Shown here piece after piece: positions 37,582 through 47,164 of a stretch of DNA of 64,000 nucleotides. Each line of letters opens with the position of its first letter. Within the stretch, counting starts at the first letter, position 1. Source of the DNA: Geopsychrobacter sp. (GTDB lineage Bacteria > Desulfobacterota > Desulfuromonadia > Desulfuromonadales > Geopsychrobacteraceae); NCBI GenBank assembly GCA_012974425.1, contig JAAXQE010000095.1, positions 519-64,518 of the forward strand, written 5' to 3'. The translations under genes and the position numbers were made by a program. Below the pieces are notes generated by a model that was given only the letters and a program-made list of their open reading frames with translations, was not told the origin of the DNA and did no database searches.

Positions 37582-37617
37582 AGGCCCCCCTGTCCATTCA
37601 ATTGGTCAGGGGGGCCT
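37582..37617. terminator. GC-rich hairpin between convergent etfA and AOR genes (possible terminator)
   Basis: AGGCCCCCCTG-N14-CAGGGGGGCCT, 11-bp perfect stem; only a weak U-tract. Confidence 0.5.
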
Positions 37618-37712
37618 TGTCGTGGTCAAACAAAAGTGTCCAATTACCACGTCACACCCGAATGGGCTGCCGGGAATTGACATAACAGGTTTGATATCAG
37701 GTTGGTCCGCAT

Positions 37713-37834
37713 GAGTGGATCATGCTGAGCCAGGACTGGAAAGCCGCTTTCAACAGATTCACCATCTCGTTCGAAGATCGGATTCCGGCTTGCTGACAAC
37801 AAAAAAGAAACGCATTTATGCAAACAACGTTACC
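37713..37834 (+). mobile_element. IS256-family remnant (transposase C-terminus plus degenerate right end)
   Basis: 37713-37796 translates EWIMLSQDWKAAFNRFTISFEDRIPAC*, matching the IS256 C-terminal pattern W.M....WKAA.NRF.I.FEDR. Followed by ATTTATGCAAACAACGTTAC, resembling ATTTACACAAAA...TTAC ends. Confidence 0.65.
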
Positions 37835-37934
37835 GGTATCGGGCGACCGGAAAGGAGTTTATTCTCCTTAACCGGCTCCGACATCCGGGTTAAAGAGAAG
37901 ACAATCAACCTGTACGCCTCACAGTTATGGTTTC

Positions 37935-40259
37935 TTAGCCTCCTGCAACGAAGGAAATCAGACTGATTTCACTGCCGTCAGGAATTTCAATTCGGTCTTC
38001 TCCGGCAAGAATCATCTTGTCGTTGATGACAATAAGCAGGTTCGGATCGTCCAGGGTTTTAATCGACTCTGGCAGCTTGCTGCGCAGCAACTGGCGAAGC
38101 TCTCCCAGGTGTTCGACCTGCTCATCAATGATAATGCTCTGTTCCGGGCTGCCTGGGAGTGTGCAGGGCAGTTTGACCCTGATGCTGTAACCGGTGACGA
38201 TCTTCGCGAGCCGGGCGTGCCAGTCGAGTTCGGGCGCTCCTTCACGATTGAGTCCGCTAATCTTGTAAAAACGTTGCTTGAGAGCCTCAAACTGTTCCCT
38301 GTTGATTTTTTCCCCCTTGAAGGGCCCGACCGTGATTGGCTCATCGAACCAGCGGTCTGGCAGACTGTCATCTTCTGCCCGCAGCCCCAGGCGGTAGTTG
38401 ATCATCCGCTCCAGTCCGGTGATGTTGCGACCAATTTCGTCCAGTTTTTCGGCATCGAACGGCAACCGGGTCAGCTCATTGAGATGGTCGGAAAAGTCTG
38501 TCAGATCAGGGGTTGATGGCGAGTTGAACAGTTTGGTGTTGAAACGGCACATGCCGACCGAATCCCCGGCGGCAAAAGTATTTTCGCAGCGCCTGACCGC
38601 GTACTCCTTCCCCTCGTACGAGGTTGGTTCAGGGGAGACGACACCGCCGTAGAGGGCGGTTTTGAAGGCGGCATCATCGTTGATGCGGGCGTTAATCTCC
38701 AGGGTGGCCCGATTGCGCAGATGATCCATACCGCGGGTGGCAACCGCCAGCCCAAGGGCAAACGCCTTGAGAATCCGGGCGTCGTGAGGATCGGACTGGA
38801 ACAGCCCCTTGGAGGCCATACAGTATTTTAGTGCTTCTGCTGGATACTTTCCCTGTTCGACTGCACGGCTGGAGGTGGCGATAGTGTCGCCGAAACCTTG
38901 CCGTTTTGCCGTCAGGAACAGTAACTGCTCAATGACCGGATAGTTCCCCCAGCTCAAATCCAGTCCACCGGTGATCTGCTGATCGATGATACCGCGCTGA
39001 AAAAGTTCCATCGCCCAGGCGATGGCGCTGCCGGTGCTGGAGGCATCGAGCGCCAGATCGTTGATAATGTTGTTCAGTCGCAGAACCTGTTCCGGTTCCT
39101 TAATGCCGATATTCGGACCGAATTTGCCGACGGTGATGTACTCCGGGCCTTCGCCCTTGTCGTACTTGTCGAATTTTCCGTCGTTGTTGATACCGTTGTA
39201 GGTGCGTTGTTTGTGATGCTCCAGACTGCTCTGCTCTTTATCGTAACTGGCGTTACCGCTCAGACCGGTCAGAGCGCTGGCCCCCCAGCCGCCTTTACCG
39301 CCGGGAAGCATGTCGTTGTTAGCCCGGCAACCGACCGGGCACTGGAAACAGCGGCTCATGTTCGGTCGGTAGGGATCGAAGTTGTCGGCGTCGAGACTAT
39401 CGTGCCAGGTGGTCTCCTGGTTGTTCTTGGTGCCCATGGCGCAGAGAACCCGGCTCGGTTTGTAGAGAAAGGGCGTACCGACCTTTTTCAGCGCATTCTG
39501 CACTACGCTGGCAGACAGGATCTTTTTGCCAAGTTCCCGGTTTTTCTGTTTGTGTGCTGCAGAAAGTGCAAGCCCCGGCGGTTTGCCCTGAATCATGATT
39601 GCTTTCAGGTTCAACGAACCCATTTTGGCGCCACCACCACCTCTGGCCCAGATTGCTTTTTCTCCTGCCATGATACCGCTGCAGAGGACCTGGTTTTCAC
39701 CGGCACTGCTGATCCTCGCCATAGCCATATCTGTTCTTTCGTGGCAGTTAAAATCTCTCTCAATTGACTTGGTGAACTCGATGTTGTCCATGCCGTAATA
39801 GGGGCTGGCATCGATAAATCTGACTTGCTCCTGATCGATTTTTAGCATGGTCCATTGCGGATTACGACCATAGAGGACCAGATGGTCGTAGCCGTGACGT
39901 TTGAGATAGGTGGGGAAGAAGTCACCAGCGTTGCTGTCGAGGATCGCCCGGCTTTCCGGTGAACGGCTGGTGACGTTGCCGCGGGTAGCTGCCGGCATGC
40001 TGCCGGTTAGCACGCCGGCGCCGAAGATTAATGGGACTTCGGGGTCAAGGGCATCCATTTCTTCCTGCAGCAGGTTGTAGAGCAGGTACATGTTTCCGCC
40101 GCGCCCGGCCAGAAAATGCTGGACCGCGTCAAGCGGCAGGAAGCCTCGCTGGCTGCTGCGCCGTTCAAGGTCGACAAACAGCACCGCACCCTGGCTTGGG
40201 TATTGTGGTTCGGCATGCATCCGGTTGAGAAGTCGTGTAACCCGCTGTCTGATATCCAA
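37935..40259 (-). CDS. Tungsten aldehyde oxidoreductase (AOR)-family protein fused to C-terminal MoaD/ThiS-like domain
   Basis: GRGG, TSRSP, RGGGGAKMGSLNLKAI, CFQCPVGC, GPEY and RGMDH motifs; C-terminal beta-grasp domain ending ISFVAGG*. Confidence 0.88.
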   Translation of the reverse strand: MDIRQRVTRLLNRMHAEPQYPSQGAVLFVDLERRSSQRGFLPLDAVQHFLAGRGGNMYLLYNLLQEEMDALDPEVPLIFGAGVLTGSMPAATRGNVTSRSPESRAILDSNAGDFFPTYLKRHGYDHLVLYGRNPQWTMLKIDQEQVRFIDASPYYGMDNIEFTKSIERDFNCHERTDMAMARISSAGENQVLCSGIMAGEKAIWARGGGGAKMGSLNLKAIMIQGKPPGLALSAAHKQKNRELGKKILSASVVQNALKKVGTPFLYKPSRVLCAMGTKNNQETTWHDSLDADNFDPYRPNMSRCFQCPVGCRANNDMLPGGKGGWGASALTGLSGNASYDKEQSSLEHHKQRTYNGINNDGKFDKYDKGEGPEYITVGKFGPNIGIKEPEQVLRLNNIINDLALDASSTGSAIAWAMELFQRGIIDQQITGGLDLSWGNYPVIEQLLFLTAKRQGFGDTIATSSRAVEQGKYPAEALKYCMASKGLFQSDPHDARILKAFALGLAVATRGMDHLRNRATLEINARINDDAAFKTALYGGVVSPEPTSYEGKEYAVRRCENTFAAGDSVGMCRFNTKLFNSPSTPDLTDFSDHLNELTRLPFDAEKLDEIGRNITGLERMINYRLGLRAEDDSLPDRWFDEPITVGPFKGEKINREQFEALKQRFYKISGLNREGAPELDWHARLAKIVTGYSIRVKLPCTLPGSPEQSIIIDEQVEHLGELRQLLRSKLPESIKTLDDPNLLIVINDKMILAGEDRIEIPDGSEISLISFVAGG

Positions 40260-40308
40260 TTTATCCTCGCAATTCTATAGGTGGGCGAGACATGCCTCGG
40301 CCCAACGA

Positions 40309-40995
40309 TCAATTTTGTCCAGGGGCGCCACATGAGGCGGCAGGCTTCATTTCCGCATCGGCACCAAAATCACCACCCGCATTGTTACCGAGCAGTTTTG
40401 GGCTGTACTTCTTGTAGGTGACGGTAATTTCCGCAAAGGGGACATCGGCAAAGAACCCGCGCACATGGACATATTCCATATGTCTTCGCTGGTCAGAATC
40501 GCAGGCATGGAAAATCGAATCATCCCGACCGTTGAATTCGAGCGGTTTGACCCGGAATCTGCTGCAGAGGTCCAGATTGAAGGCGGGGGTCGCCTTGACC
40601 CATGTCCCTTGCAGCCAGAGTTCGCAGAAGGCGTGCCAGCGAAACAGGTCACCGCCGTTCAGTTTTCTTAATCGGGGAGTGTTGAGATGGTTTTTCACAT
40701 CGGCAAATCCGAGTCGCGAGGGGATACCGCTCACCCGGCAGCAGGCTGCCAACAGCGCAGCTTTGGATATGCAGAAACCATAACCGCTGCGCAGAACGTT
40801 GCTGGCCCGATAGGTTTCCGGATCACCATAATCAAGGTAGGGCGTGTAACTTATGTCGTCGCGGATGCGATAATAAAGGGCTACTGCCTTGTCGATATCC
40901 GACTGTGAGGAACCGACGACGTCTTTCGCGTACTCCTGAATGACGCTGGCGTTACTGTCGACATATTCTGCACTCTGAAGAAACAGATGATCCAT
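40309..40995 (-). CDS. Transglutaminase-like cysteine protein
   Basis: GFCISKAALLAA, IPSRLGFADVKNH, WHAFCEL and WVKATPAFN motifs. Confidence 0.8.
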   Translation of the reverse strand: MDHLFLQSAEYVDSNASVIQEYAKDVVGSSQSDIDKAVALYYRIRDDISYTPYLDYGDPETYRASNVLRSGYGFCISKAALLAACCRVSGIPSRLGFADVKNHLNTPRLRKLNGGDLFRWHAFCELWLQGTWVKATPAFNLDLCSRFRVKPLEFNGRDDSIFHACDSDQRRHMEYVHVRGFFADVPFAEITVTYKKYSPKLLGNNAGGDFGADAEMKPAASCGAPGQN

Positions 40996-41028
40996 TTAGG
41001 GGTTTCTCTCCGTGGAGGCCAGACTTCC

Positions 41029-41454
41029 TCAAAACAACAGTATCGGACATTTGACCGCCCGAATAACATAGTTTGCCACCGAACCGAACATGATGTCGCG
41101 GACTCCGCCACCGCCGGGGTGGCGTCCGATAATCACCAGTTGCATGTCCTGCTCATTGACGATAGTCATGATCGTTTCGCCTGGATTGCCCAGGACCAGC
41201 TGCAGTTCCGGTTTAAAACCTGCATCCTTGAAGGGCAGGGCCAATCTCTCCAGAATCCGGCGGCCCGATTTTTCAGCAGCCTCGTGGATCATGCTTTTCT
41301 GAATGTCTGGCACCAGGTGCCGGATCTTGTGGACATCTACAACATGGAGCAGCAGGATCTCTCGCGGCATCAGGTCCTTGTTGGCAATGATGGCGTCAAT
41401 CGTATGCTGTGCCGTTTCCGACTCGTCAACCGGGATCAGTATCTTTGCGGGCAT
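41029..41454 (-). CDS. Universal stress protein (UspA family)
   Basis: KILIPVD...LLHV...IIGRH...FGSVANYVIRAVKCPILL pattern. Confidence 0.88.
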   Translation of the reverse strand: MPAKILIPVDESETAQHTIDAIIANKDLMPREILLLHVVDVHKIRHLVPDIQKSMIHEAAEKSGRRILERLALPFKDAGFKPELQLVLGNPGETIMTIVNEQDMQLVIIGRHPGGGGVRDIMFGSVANYVIRAVKCPILLF

Positions 41455-41517
41455 GCCAGGCTCCTTGTTCCTTCAGTGTGCATCCGGTGGCATGAACGAA
41501 CCCCGGACAGAAATCTA

Positions 41518-42804
41518 TCAACCGTAAACCAGGTGAGGCAAGAAGAGAACCAGGTCCGCCCAGTAGGTCAGAATTAGCAGAATGCCGATCTGAATCAGCA
41601 GAAATGGCATGACTGCCTTTGATACGTAAAGCAGGCTACGGTCAACTGCCGCCCCCGAGATATACAGGCTGACACCCAACGGTGGGGTGCAGTAGCCAAT
41701 CCCCAGATTTATGGTCATCAGCAGGCCGAAATGCATGGTGTCAATGCCGAAAGGGGCGAGCAACGGCAGAAAAATCGGCGTCAGGATCAGGGTCGCGGAA
41801 ATGATGTCCATGAACATCCCGACTACCAGCAGCATGACATTAACCGCCAGTAGAAATACCCAGGGAGAGGTGATCTGGCTAACGACCGCTGTGGCTATTT
41901 TGTCCGGTATCTGTTCAAAGGTGAGATATTCGCCGAAAACCGACGCCCCGGCAACGATTATCAGCAGGGTCGCAGAGGTAACCGATGAAGAAACAATGAC
42001 TTTTTTAATGTCTTGAAGCTTCATATCCTTGTGAATGAAGACTTCGACAAAAAATGCATAAAAGCAGGCCACAACTGCGGCCTCGTTGGCAGTAAACATG
42101 CCGGAATAGATGCCGCCAAAAATCAGTACCGGCAGACAGAGAGCCCAGATGCTCTCTCTGCAAACTGAGATAATTTCCTTAAGGTTAGGCCGTGCGAGGG
42201 TTTTGTAGCCTTTTCGTTTGCAGTAGAAATAAGCGTACAGGCTCATCGCCACCATGATCATAGTTCCTGGAATAAACCCGGTTAAAAACAGTGCCTCTAT
42301 CGGGTCGTTGCTGACCATCGCGTAAAGGATCATGGCGATCGATGGTGGAATAATGATGCCCAGATTCGGTGCGGTGGTCATGATGCCGACGGAAAATTTT
42401 TCGTCATAGCCGTTTTCGATCAGCGCCGGGATCATGAACCCGCCGATGGCGACCACGGTGGCAACCGTCGAACCGGAGATTGCGCCGAAGAAACCACAGG
42501 CCAGGACGCCGGCCATTGCCAGTCCGCCAGGGAGAAAGCCAACCATGGCATTGGCCGTCTTGATCAGTTTGTGCACGATCGAACCGGTGGTCATGATGTT
42601 GCCGCAAAGAATAAAGAACAGCACTACAACCAGGGCAAACTTGTCCATACTGCGGTAGAGCACTTCAATGACAATTTGCGCGTCGATGCCGATCATGAAC
42701 ACCAGGCCGACCGTGCCGGTAAAGAAGAGTGCCATGAAGACCGGTACGGTCGAGGCAAGCAGACCGAGTAGCATAAACAGGATAATCAGATAGCTGGAGT
42801 CCAT
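41518..42804 (-). CDS. dctM: TRAP transporter large permease
   Basis: FGAISGSTVATV, LGIIIPPSI and TPPLGVSL motifs; highly hydrophobic, 428 aa. Confidence 0.93.
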   Translation of the reverse strand: MDSSYLIILFMLLGLLASTVPVFMALFFTGTVGLVFMIGIDAQIVIEVLYRSMDKFALVVVLFFILCGNIMTTGSIVHKLIKTANAMVGFLPGGLAMAGVLACGFFGAISGSTVATVVAIGGFMIPALIENGYDEKFSVGIMTTAPNLGIIIPPSIAMILYAMVSNDPIEALFLTGFIPGTMIMVAMSLYAYFYCKRKGYKTLARPNLKEIISVCRESIWALCLPVLIFGGIYSGMFTANEAAVVACFYAFFVEVFIHKDMKLQDIKKVIVSSSVTSATLLIIVAGASVFGEYLTFEQIPDKIATAVVSQITSPWVFLLAVNVMLLVVGMFMDIISATLILTPIFLPLLAPFGIDTMHFGLLMTINLGIGYCTPPLGVSLYISGAAVDRSLLYVSKAVMPFLLIQIGILLILTYWADLVLFLPHLVYG

Positions 42805-42849
42805 AAGTAATTCAGGCCTTTCACGTAAAGTATCGGAAAAAACCGATTC

Positions 42850-43347
42850 TCAGGTGATGGCCCCCTCCTTCCAGTCGGCAATCATGACAAGCAGGGTGCG
42901 AAAAAACATCATCACCCCAATCGTTGGCAATAAGGCATAAAATATCCATTCCGGGATCTGCAGGCTGGCGGTCCGGGCGTATTCATCTTCATACATCATG
43001 ACCGTCATCGACCAGCCGAGGTAAATCAGGGCTCCGGCGAAAATCAGAGTGACAGCATGGGCAAACAGGGTCAGGGGTCTTTTTAGCCCTGGAACCAGTT
43101 GGGGCAGGGCATCTATCCGGATCAATGTCCCGCCACGGATCGCGACGACGCTGCCGACGTAAGTCGAGAAGTAAATCGTTTTGCGCACGACTTCATCCGA
43201 CCAGTACAGGTTGACGTCGTCAGTAAGTTTGCGTAAGAGAACATTCGCCATGGCGACGGTCAGTGCCGTGCATACTGAAAGTATCAGTGCCCAATCTTCA
43301 AAGAAGGTGAAGAATCGGTCAATTTTATGGACTGTTTTTTTCAGCAT
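42850..43347 (-). CDS. dctQ: TRAP transporter small permease
   Basis: About four transmembrane segments, WSDEVVR and IRID motifs; lies between dctP and dctM. Confidence 0.88.
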   Translation of the reverse strand: MLKKTVHKIDRFFTFFEDWALILSVCTALTVAMANVLLRKLTDDVNLYWSDEVVRKTIYFSTYVGSVVAIRGGTLIRIDALPQLVPGLKRPLTLFAHAVTLIFAGALIYLGWSMTVMMYEDEYARTASLQIPEWIFYALLPTIGVMMFFRTLLVMIADWKEGAIT

Positions 43348-43370
43348 GTTGGTGCCCCGATGAAGAAGTT

Positions 43371-43393
43371 GCCGGGGAGCAGCGCTCCCCGGC
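43371..43393. other. Perfect stem-loop between dctP and dctQ (mRNA stabiliser or partial terminator)
   Basis: GCCGGGGAGC-AGC-GCTCCCCGGC, 10 bp; followed by AACTTCTTC on the minus strand. Confidence 0.65.
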
Positions 43394-43423
43394 TTCGATC
43401 AAGTGATAGAAATTCTCTGGATG

Positions 43424-44479
43424 TTAAATGGCGCCGAGTGTAGAGCGAACTTTGGTCAGATAGTCATCATCAACCTTTTTTCCCCACTTGACGTAAACCG
43501 GTGCGGCCATTTGGACCAGCTTGGCTTTGTCTTCTGCCGACAGTTGGATAAATTCGACGCCGGCTTCTTTGGCTTTGGCAACCTGCTGGGTATGTTGCTT
43601 TCTGGTCAACTCACGTGTCTTGGCACTCTCTTCGGCGATGACTTCCAGGAAAATCGTTTGCAGATCTTTCGGTAATTTCTTGAACCAGCGCTTGTTGACC
43701 AGGTGAATGTACAGTCCCTGAGCGTAATTGACCTCAGTGAAGTATTTGGCGATGGAGAACTTCTTGGTAATGTTACAGACGATCGCCGTATGGTCGAGAC
43801 CGTTGATGACACCAGTCTGCAGTGCCTGGGAGACGTCCGGCCAAGGTAGAACAGTAAACTTGGCACCCCAGGATTTATACAGATCGGTGTTGACCGGAGC
43901 TTGGGCGATGCGGAAGTTGACCGTCTTGGCGTCAGCCAGGTTGCGTACCGGAGTGGTGGTGGCCCAGCCGTACAGGCCGTAGCCGGTGATGTCGGGGACC
44001 ATCAGTCCAGCAGCCTGGGCAGCGTTACTAAACGGCTCCCAAAGCTCCGGATCGTTGCGGAACCGATCTAGCTTGTCAAAGCTGTCGACAACATAAGGCA
44101 GGTTAACGATGCCGAGTTTGTCGGCAATGTTGGCCGATGCCACCGATGATGCCAGCATCCCTTGTACTGCACCGATTTTCAGCTTGGAGATGACGGCCTT
44201 TTCACCACCGAGCTGTGCCAATGGGCGATAATCGACATAGATGCGGCCGTTAGACTTGGCCCACAGCGAGTCGCGAATGTTGTAGCCAACCGCTCCGCCT
44301 TCAATGATCGGATGTGAGATGTTCGACAGAATGTAGGTATATTCCGCCTTTGAATGATCAAACTTGGTTTTCCAGTTGGCCAGTGGATCTTTTTTCTTGC
44401 CTGCCGCGAGCAGTGGGCTGGCCAGCAAACTGACAATCAGCAGAGCCAACAGCGGAAACAGGACGAATGTTTTTCTCAT
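43424..44479 (-). CDS. dctP: TRAP transporter periplasmic substrate-binding protein
   Basis: Signal peptide, LGIVNLPYV, NFRI (conserved carboxylate-binding Arg) and ALQTGVINGLD. Confidence 0.9.
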   Translation of the reverse strand: MRKTFVLFPLLALLIVSLLASPLLAAGKKKDPLANWKTKFDHSKAEYTYILSNISHPIIEGGAVGYNIRDSLWAKSNGRIYVDYRPLAQLGGEKAVISKLKIGAVQGMLASSVASANIADKLGIVNLPYVVDSFDKLDRFRNDPELWEPFSNAAQAAGLMVPDITGYGLYGWATTTPVRNLADAKTVNFRIAQAPVNTDLYKSWGAKFTVLPWPDVSQALQTGVINGLDHTAIVCNITKKFSIAKYFTEVNYAQGLYIHLVNKRWFKKLPKDLQTIFLEVIAEESAKTRELTRKQHTQQVAKAKEAGVEFIQLSAEDKAKLVQMAAPVYVKWGKKVDDDYLTKVRSTLGAI

Positions 44480-44612
44480 CTGACACCTCCTATAGGGGGG
44501 GTTGGCCTATGCCAGGTATTTGGCGACAGGCGCTATGTGTGTAAAACATTGATAGTTAATAACGCCAGGAGCGTTTCAGGCTCTGCAATTTCATTGCTTT
44601 TTCCGTTCTAAG

Positions 44613-45554
44613 CTAGGTTTCAAGCGCCTTGACCAAGCTGCGTAAGGTCGTGTTGAAGGGCGTCTTTACCCCCGCTCGTTCGCCATATTCAATGATTTTT
44701 CCATTGATGTAGTCGATTTCCGTTTGTCGCTTCGCTTCGATATCCTGCAGCATCGAGGGCTTGTGGTGGCCAGCTTCCTTGATGTAGTCGATACATTCGA
44801 TGTAATAATCCGGCCCGAGCAACAGTTCATTGGCTCTGGCGACTCTGACCCCTTCTTTTAACAACGAGTTGACCAGGCCCATAACAATCGGATCGTTGAT
44901 AACTTCAAACATGGTCTTGCCGGTGACCGCGCAGACCGGATTCATGCAGGAGTTGTTGATCGTTTTCGTCCAGACCATGTTGCGGATCTGGTTGGTGTGG
45001 TGCGTGTCAAGGCCGCATTCGGTCAGAGCGTTACAGATTGCCTGAGCAGCGTCCTTTGAACCCGGATCAAGTTCTTGCAGATAGTGCGGGCGGTGATGGA
45101 AGGCCAGTTTGACCTTCGCCGGGCCCTCCAGGATGCAACCGTAGTTAACCACCGCGCGCATGACCTGTTTTTTACCGAGTCGTTCAGCCAGAACCTGCTC
45201 GGTGTCGATGCCGTTTTGCCAGCTGACAACGTAGCGTCCCGCGGTAATAAAAGTTTCCAGGGCAGAAGTGATGATCGGCAGCGCCGTCGCCTTCACTGTA
45301 ACGATCACGACATCTGGTGGATCGGCGGCCAGTTCATCAATCCGGGTCGTCGTCCTGGTCACCTTTGCCTGAAATTCATCAGCACCAGACAGGCTGATTC
45401 CCGGATTTAGCGCCGGCTCAAGCAGGCTGGTCTGAACATCGCAGAGCGTGACATCGTAACCTCCCCTGGCGAGGAACGCGGCAACGATGCAACCGACCGG
45501 ACCAGCGCCAACGACGGCAAATTTCTTTGGTTTGAAACTGTTGTTTTCCTGCAT
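44613..45554 (-). CDS. Ketopantoate reductase-family (PanE/ApbA) 2-oxoacid reductase, copy 2
   Basis: GAGPVG, SWQNGI, WTK...N and SMLQD...TEIDYING motifs; 313 aa. Confidence 0.85.
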   Translation of the reverse strand: MQENNSFKPKKFAVVGAGPVGCIVAAFLARGGYDVTLCDVQTSLLEPALNPGISLSGADEFQAKVTRTTTRIDELAADPPDVVIVTVKATALPIITSALETFITAGRYVVSWQNGIDTEQVLAERLGKKQVMRAVVNYGCILEGPAKVKLAFHHRPHYLQELDPGSKDAAQAICNALTECGLDTHHTNQIRNMVWTKTINNSCMNPVCAVTGKTMFEVINDPIVMGLVNSLLKEGVRVARANELLLGPDYYIECIDYIKEAGHHKPSMLQDIEAKRQTEIDYINGKIIEYGERAGVKTPFNTTLRSLVKALET

Positions 45555-45611
45555 GCCAGACTCCCGGTGTACAATGAGAATTGGAACTGAATCAAGGTAT
45601 CGTTGCAGGCA

Positions 45612-46067
45612 TTAGCCTGCATGGTTCCGATCGACCAGAATGCCGAATGAATCCGCATCGAGCAGCTTTAAATTGTTTTCCCGCAGGGTCGCTATGGCCT
45701 GATCAATTTCGCTGAAGCGGAAGACCATGACTGCGTTGTCCCGATTGGCGCCCGCCACTGCATACATATATTCAACATTGATTCTGGTGCCGAGAAACAG
45801 CTGCAGCAGATCAGCAAGACAGCCGGGCCGGTCGTCAATTTCGACCGCGACCACATCTTCCACCCGGGCTGGAATGTATTTTTCCATGATCACGCCGCGG
45901 GCTGCGGCGAGGTCGGACACCAGGATCCGCAGCACGCCAAAATCATGGGCCGAATCGCAGATGCAATGCGCCCGCAAGTTGATACCCGCGTCGCCCAGTG
46001 CCCTGGTGACGTCATGCAACCGTCCCGGTGAATTTTCAAGCGGGATGGAAAGTTGTTGTAATTTCAT
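45612..46067 (-). CDS. Tandem ACT-domain protein, copy 2
   Basis: QLSIPLENSPGRL, DRPGCLA and INVEYMYA motifs; RBS AAGGGAG before ATG 46067. Confidence 0.85.
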   Translation of the reverse strand: MKLQQLSIPLENSPGRLHDVTRALGDAGINLRAHCICDSAHDFGVLRILVSDLAAARGVIMEKYIPARVEDVVAVEIDDRPGCLADLLQLFLGTRINVEYMYAVAGANRDNAVMVFRFSEIDQAIATLRENNLKLLDADSFGILVDRNHAG

Positions 46068-46129
46068 GGGAAGCTCCCTTGTCAATAATCGGACCGATAA
46101 TCGGGCGCGGCATGCCTCGCCCGCGAAGA

Positions 46130-47071
46130 CTATTTCGGTTCCAGCGCCTTGACCAGACCCCGGATCATATTGTTGTAGGGGGTCGGAACGCCGGCTTGCA
46201 CACCGTATTCGACAATTTTACCGTTGATGTAATCAATTTCGGTGCGACGATTTGCCTCAATATCCTGCAGCATCGATGGTTTGTGCGCGCCGGCATTTTT
46301 TATGTAGTTGATAGCGAAAGGGTAGTAGTTCGAGCCCAGAGAAAATTCATTGATCCGGGCTACCGCGATCGCTTCCTTGATCAACGCATCGACCAGACTG
46401 AAGGTGATCGGATCGTTAATAACTTCAACCATGGTCATGCCGGTTACGGCACACATCGGATTCATGCTGGCGTTAAGGACCGACTTTCGCCAGACCATGT
46501 CGGTAATCTGTTCTGTGTGTTTGGTGTCAAGGCCGCACTCGGTCAGAACGTTGCAGATGGCGATCGCTGCATCCTTTGACTCCGGATCGAGTTCCTGCAA
46601 GTAATGCGGACGATGATGAAAAGCTAGGCGGATGTGGCAAGGACTTAGCGGCACGCAGCCAAAATTAACCACCCCGCGCATCACCGCCTTATTGCCCAGG
46701 TGCTGGGCAAGTTCCAGTTCGGTATCGATACCGTTTTGCCAGCTGATCACATAGCGTCCTTCGGCAACAAAGTCTTCCAGCGCAGAGGCAATCAGAGGCA
46801 GGGCCGTGGCCTTGACCGTGACGAAAATGACGTCGGGTGGATCGTTGATCAGGTCGTCAATATTGGTTGTGGTTCGGCTCACTTTTGCCTGCAGGTTGTC
46901 AACCCCTTCGAGGATGATTCCCGGCTCCATGGCCGGCGCCAGCAGTTCCGGTACGATGTCGCAAAGCGTGACATCATAGCCGCCTTTGGCCAGAAAGGCG
47001 GCGACAATACCGCCGACGGGACCGGCACCGATGACGGCAAATCTGGTTGGACGATAGTTGGTTTCAGCCAT
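46130..47071 (-). CDS. Ketopantoate reductase-family (PanE/ApbA) 2-oxoacid reductase, copy 1
   Basis: GAGPVG, SWQNGI, WRK...N and SMLQD...TEIDYING motifs; RBS AGGAG before ATG 47071; 313 aa. Confidence 0.85.
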   Translation of the reverse strand: MAETNYRPTRFAVIGAGPVGGIVAAFLAKGGYDVTLCDIVPELLAPAMEPGIILEGVDNLQAKVSRTTTNIDDLINDPPDVIFVTVKATALPLIASALEDFVAEGRYVISWQNGIDTELELAQHLGNKAVMRGVVNFGCVPLSPCHIRLAFHHRPHYLQELDPESKDAAIAICNVLTECGLDTKHTEQITDMVWRKSVLNASMNPMCAVTGMTMVEVINDPITFSLVDALIKEAIAVARINEFSLGSNYYPFAINYIKNAGAHKPSMLQDIEANRRTEIDYINGKIVEYGVQAGVPTPYNNMIRGLVKALEPK

Positions 47072-47164
47072 CGTGCTAATCTCCTTGTCCGGAACCGGTG
47101 GATGGATTGTCCAACAGGTTCCTGGAAACTCAGAACTCAATGAAAAGATCAGTTACAGTCGATA

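Noticed and set aside
37715-37966. 83-aa plus-strand ORF between etfA and the AOR gene
   Set aside because: No motif; the informative reading is a different frame (IS256 remnant).
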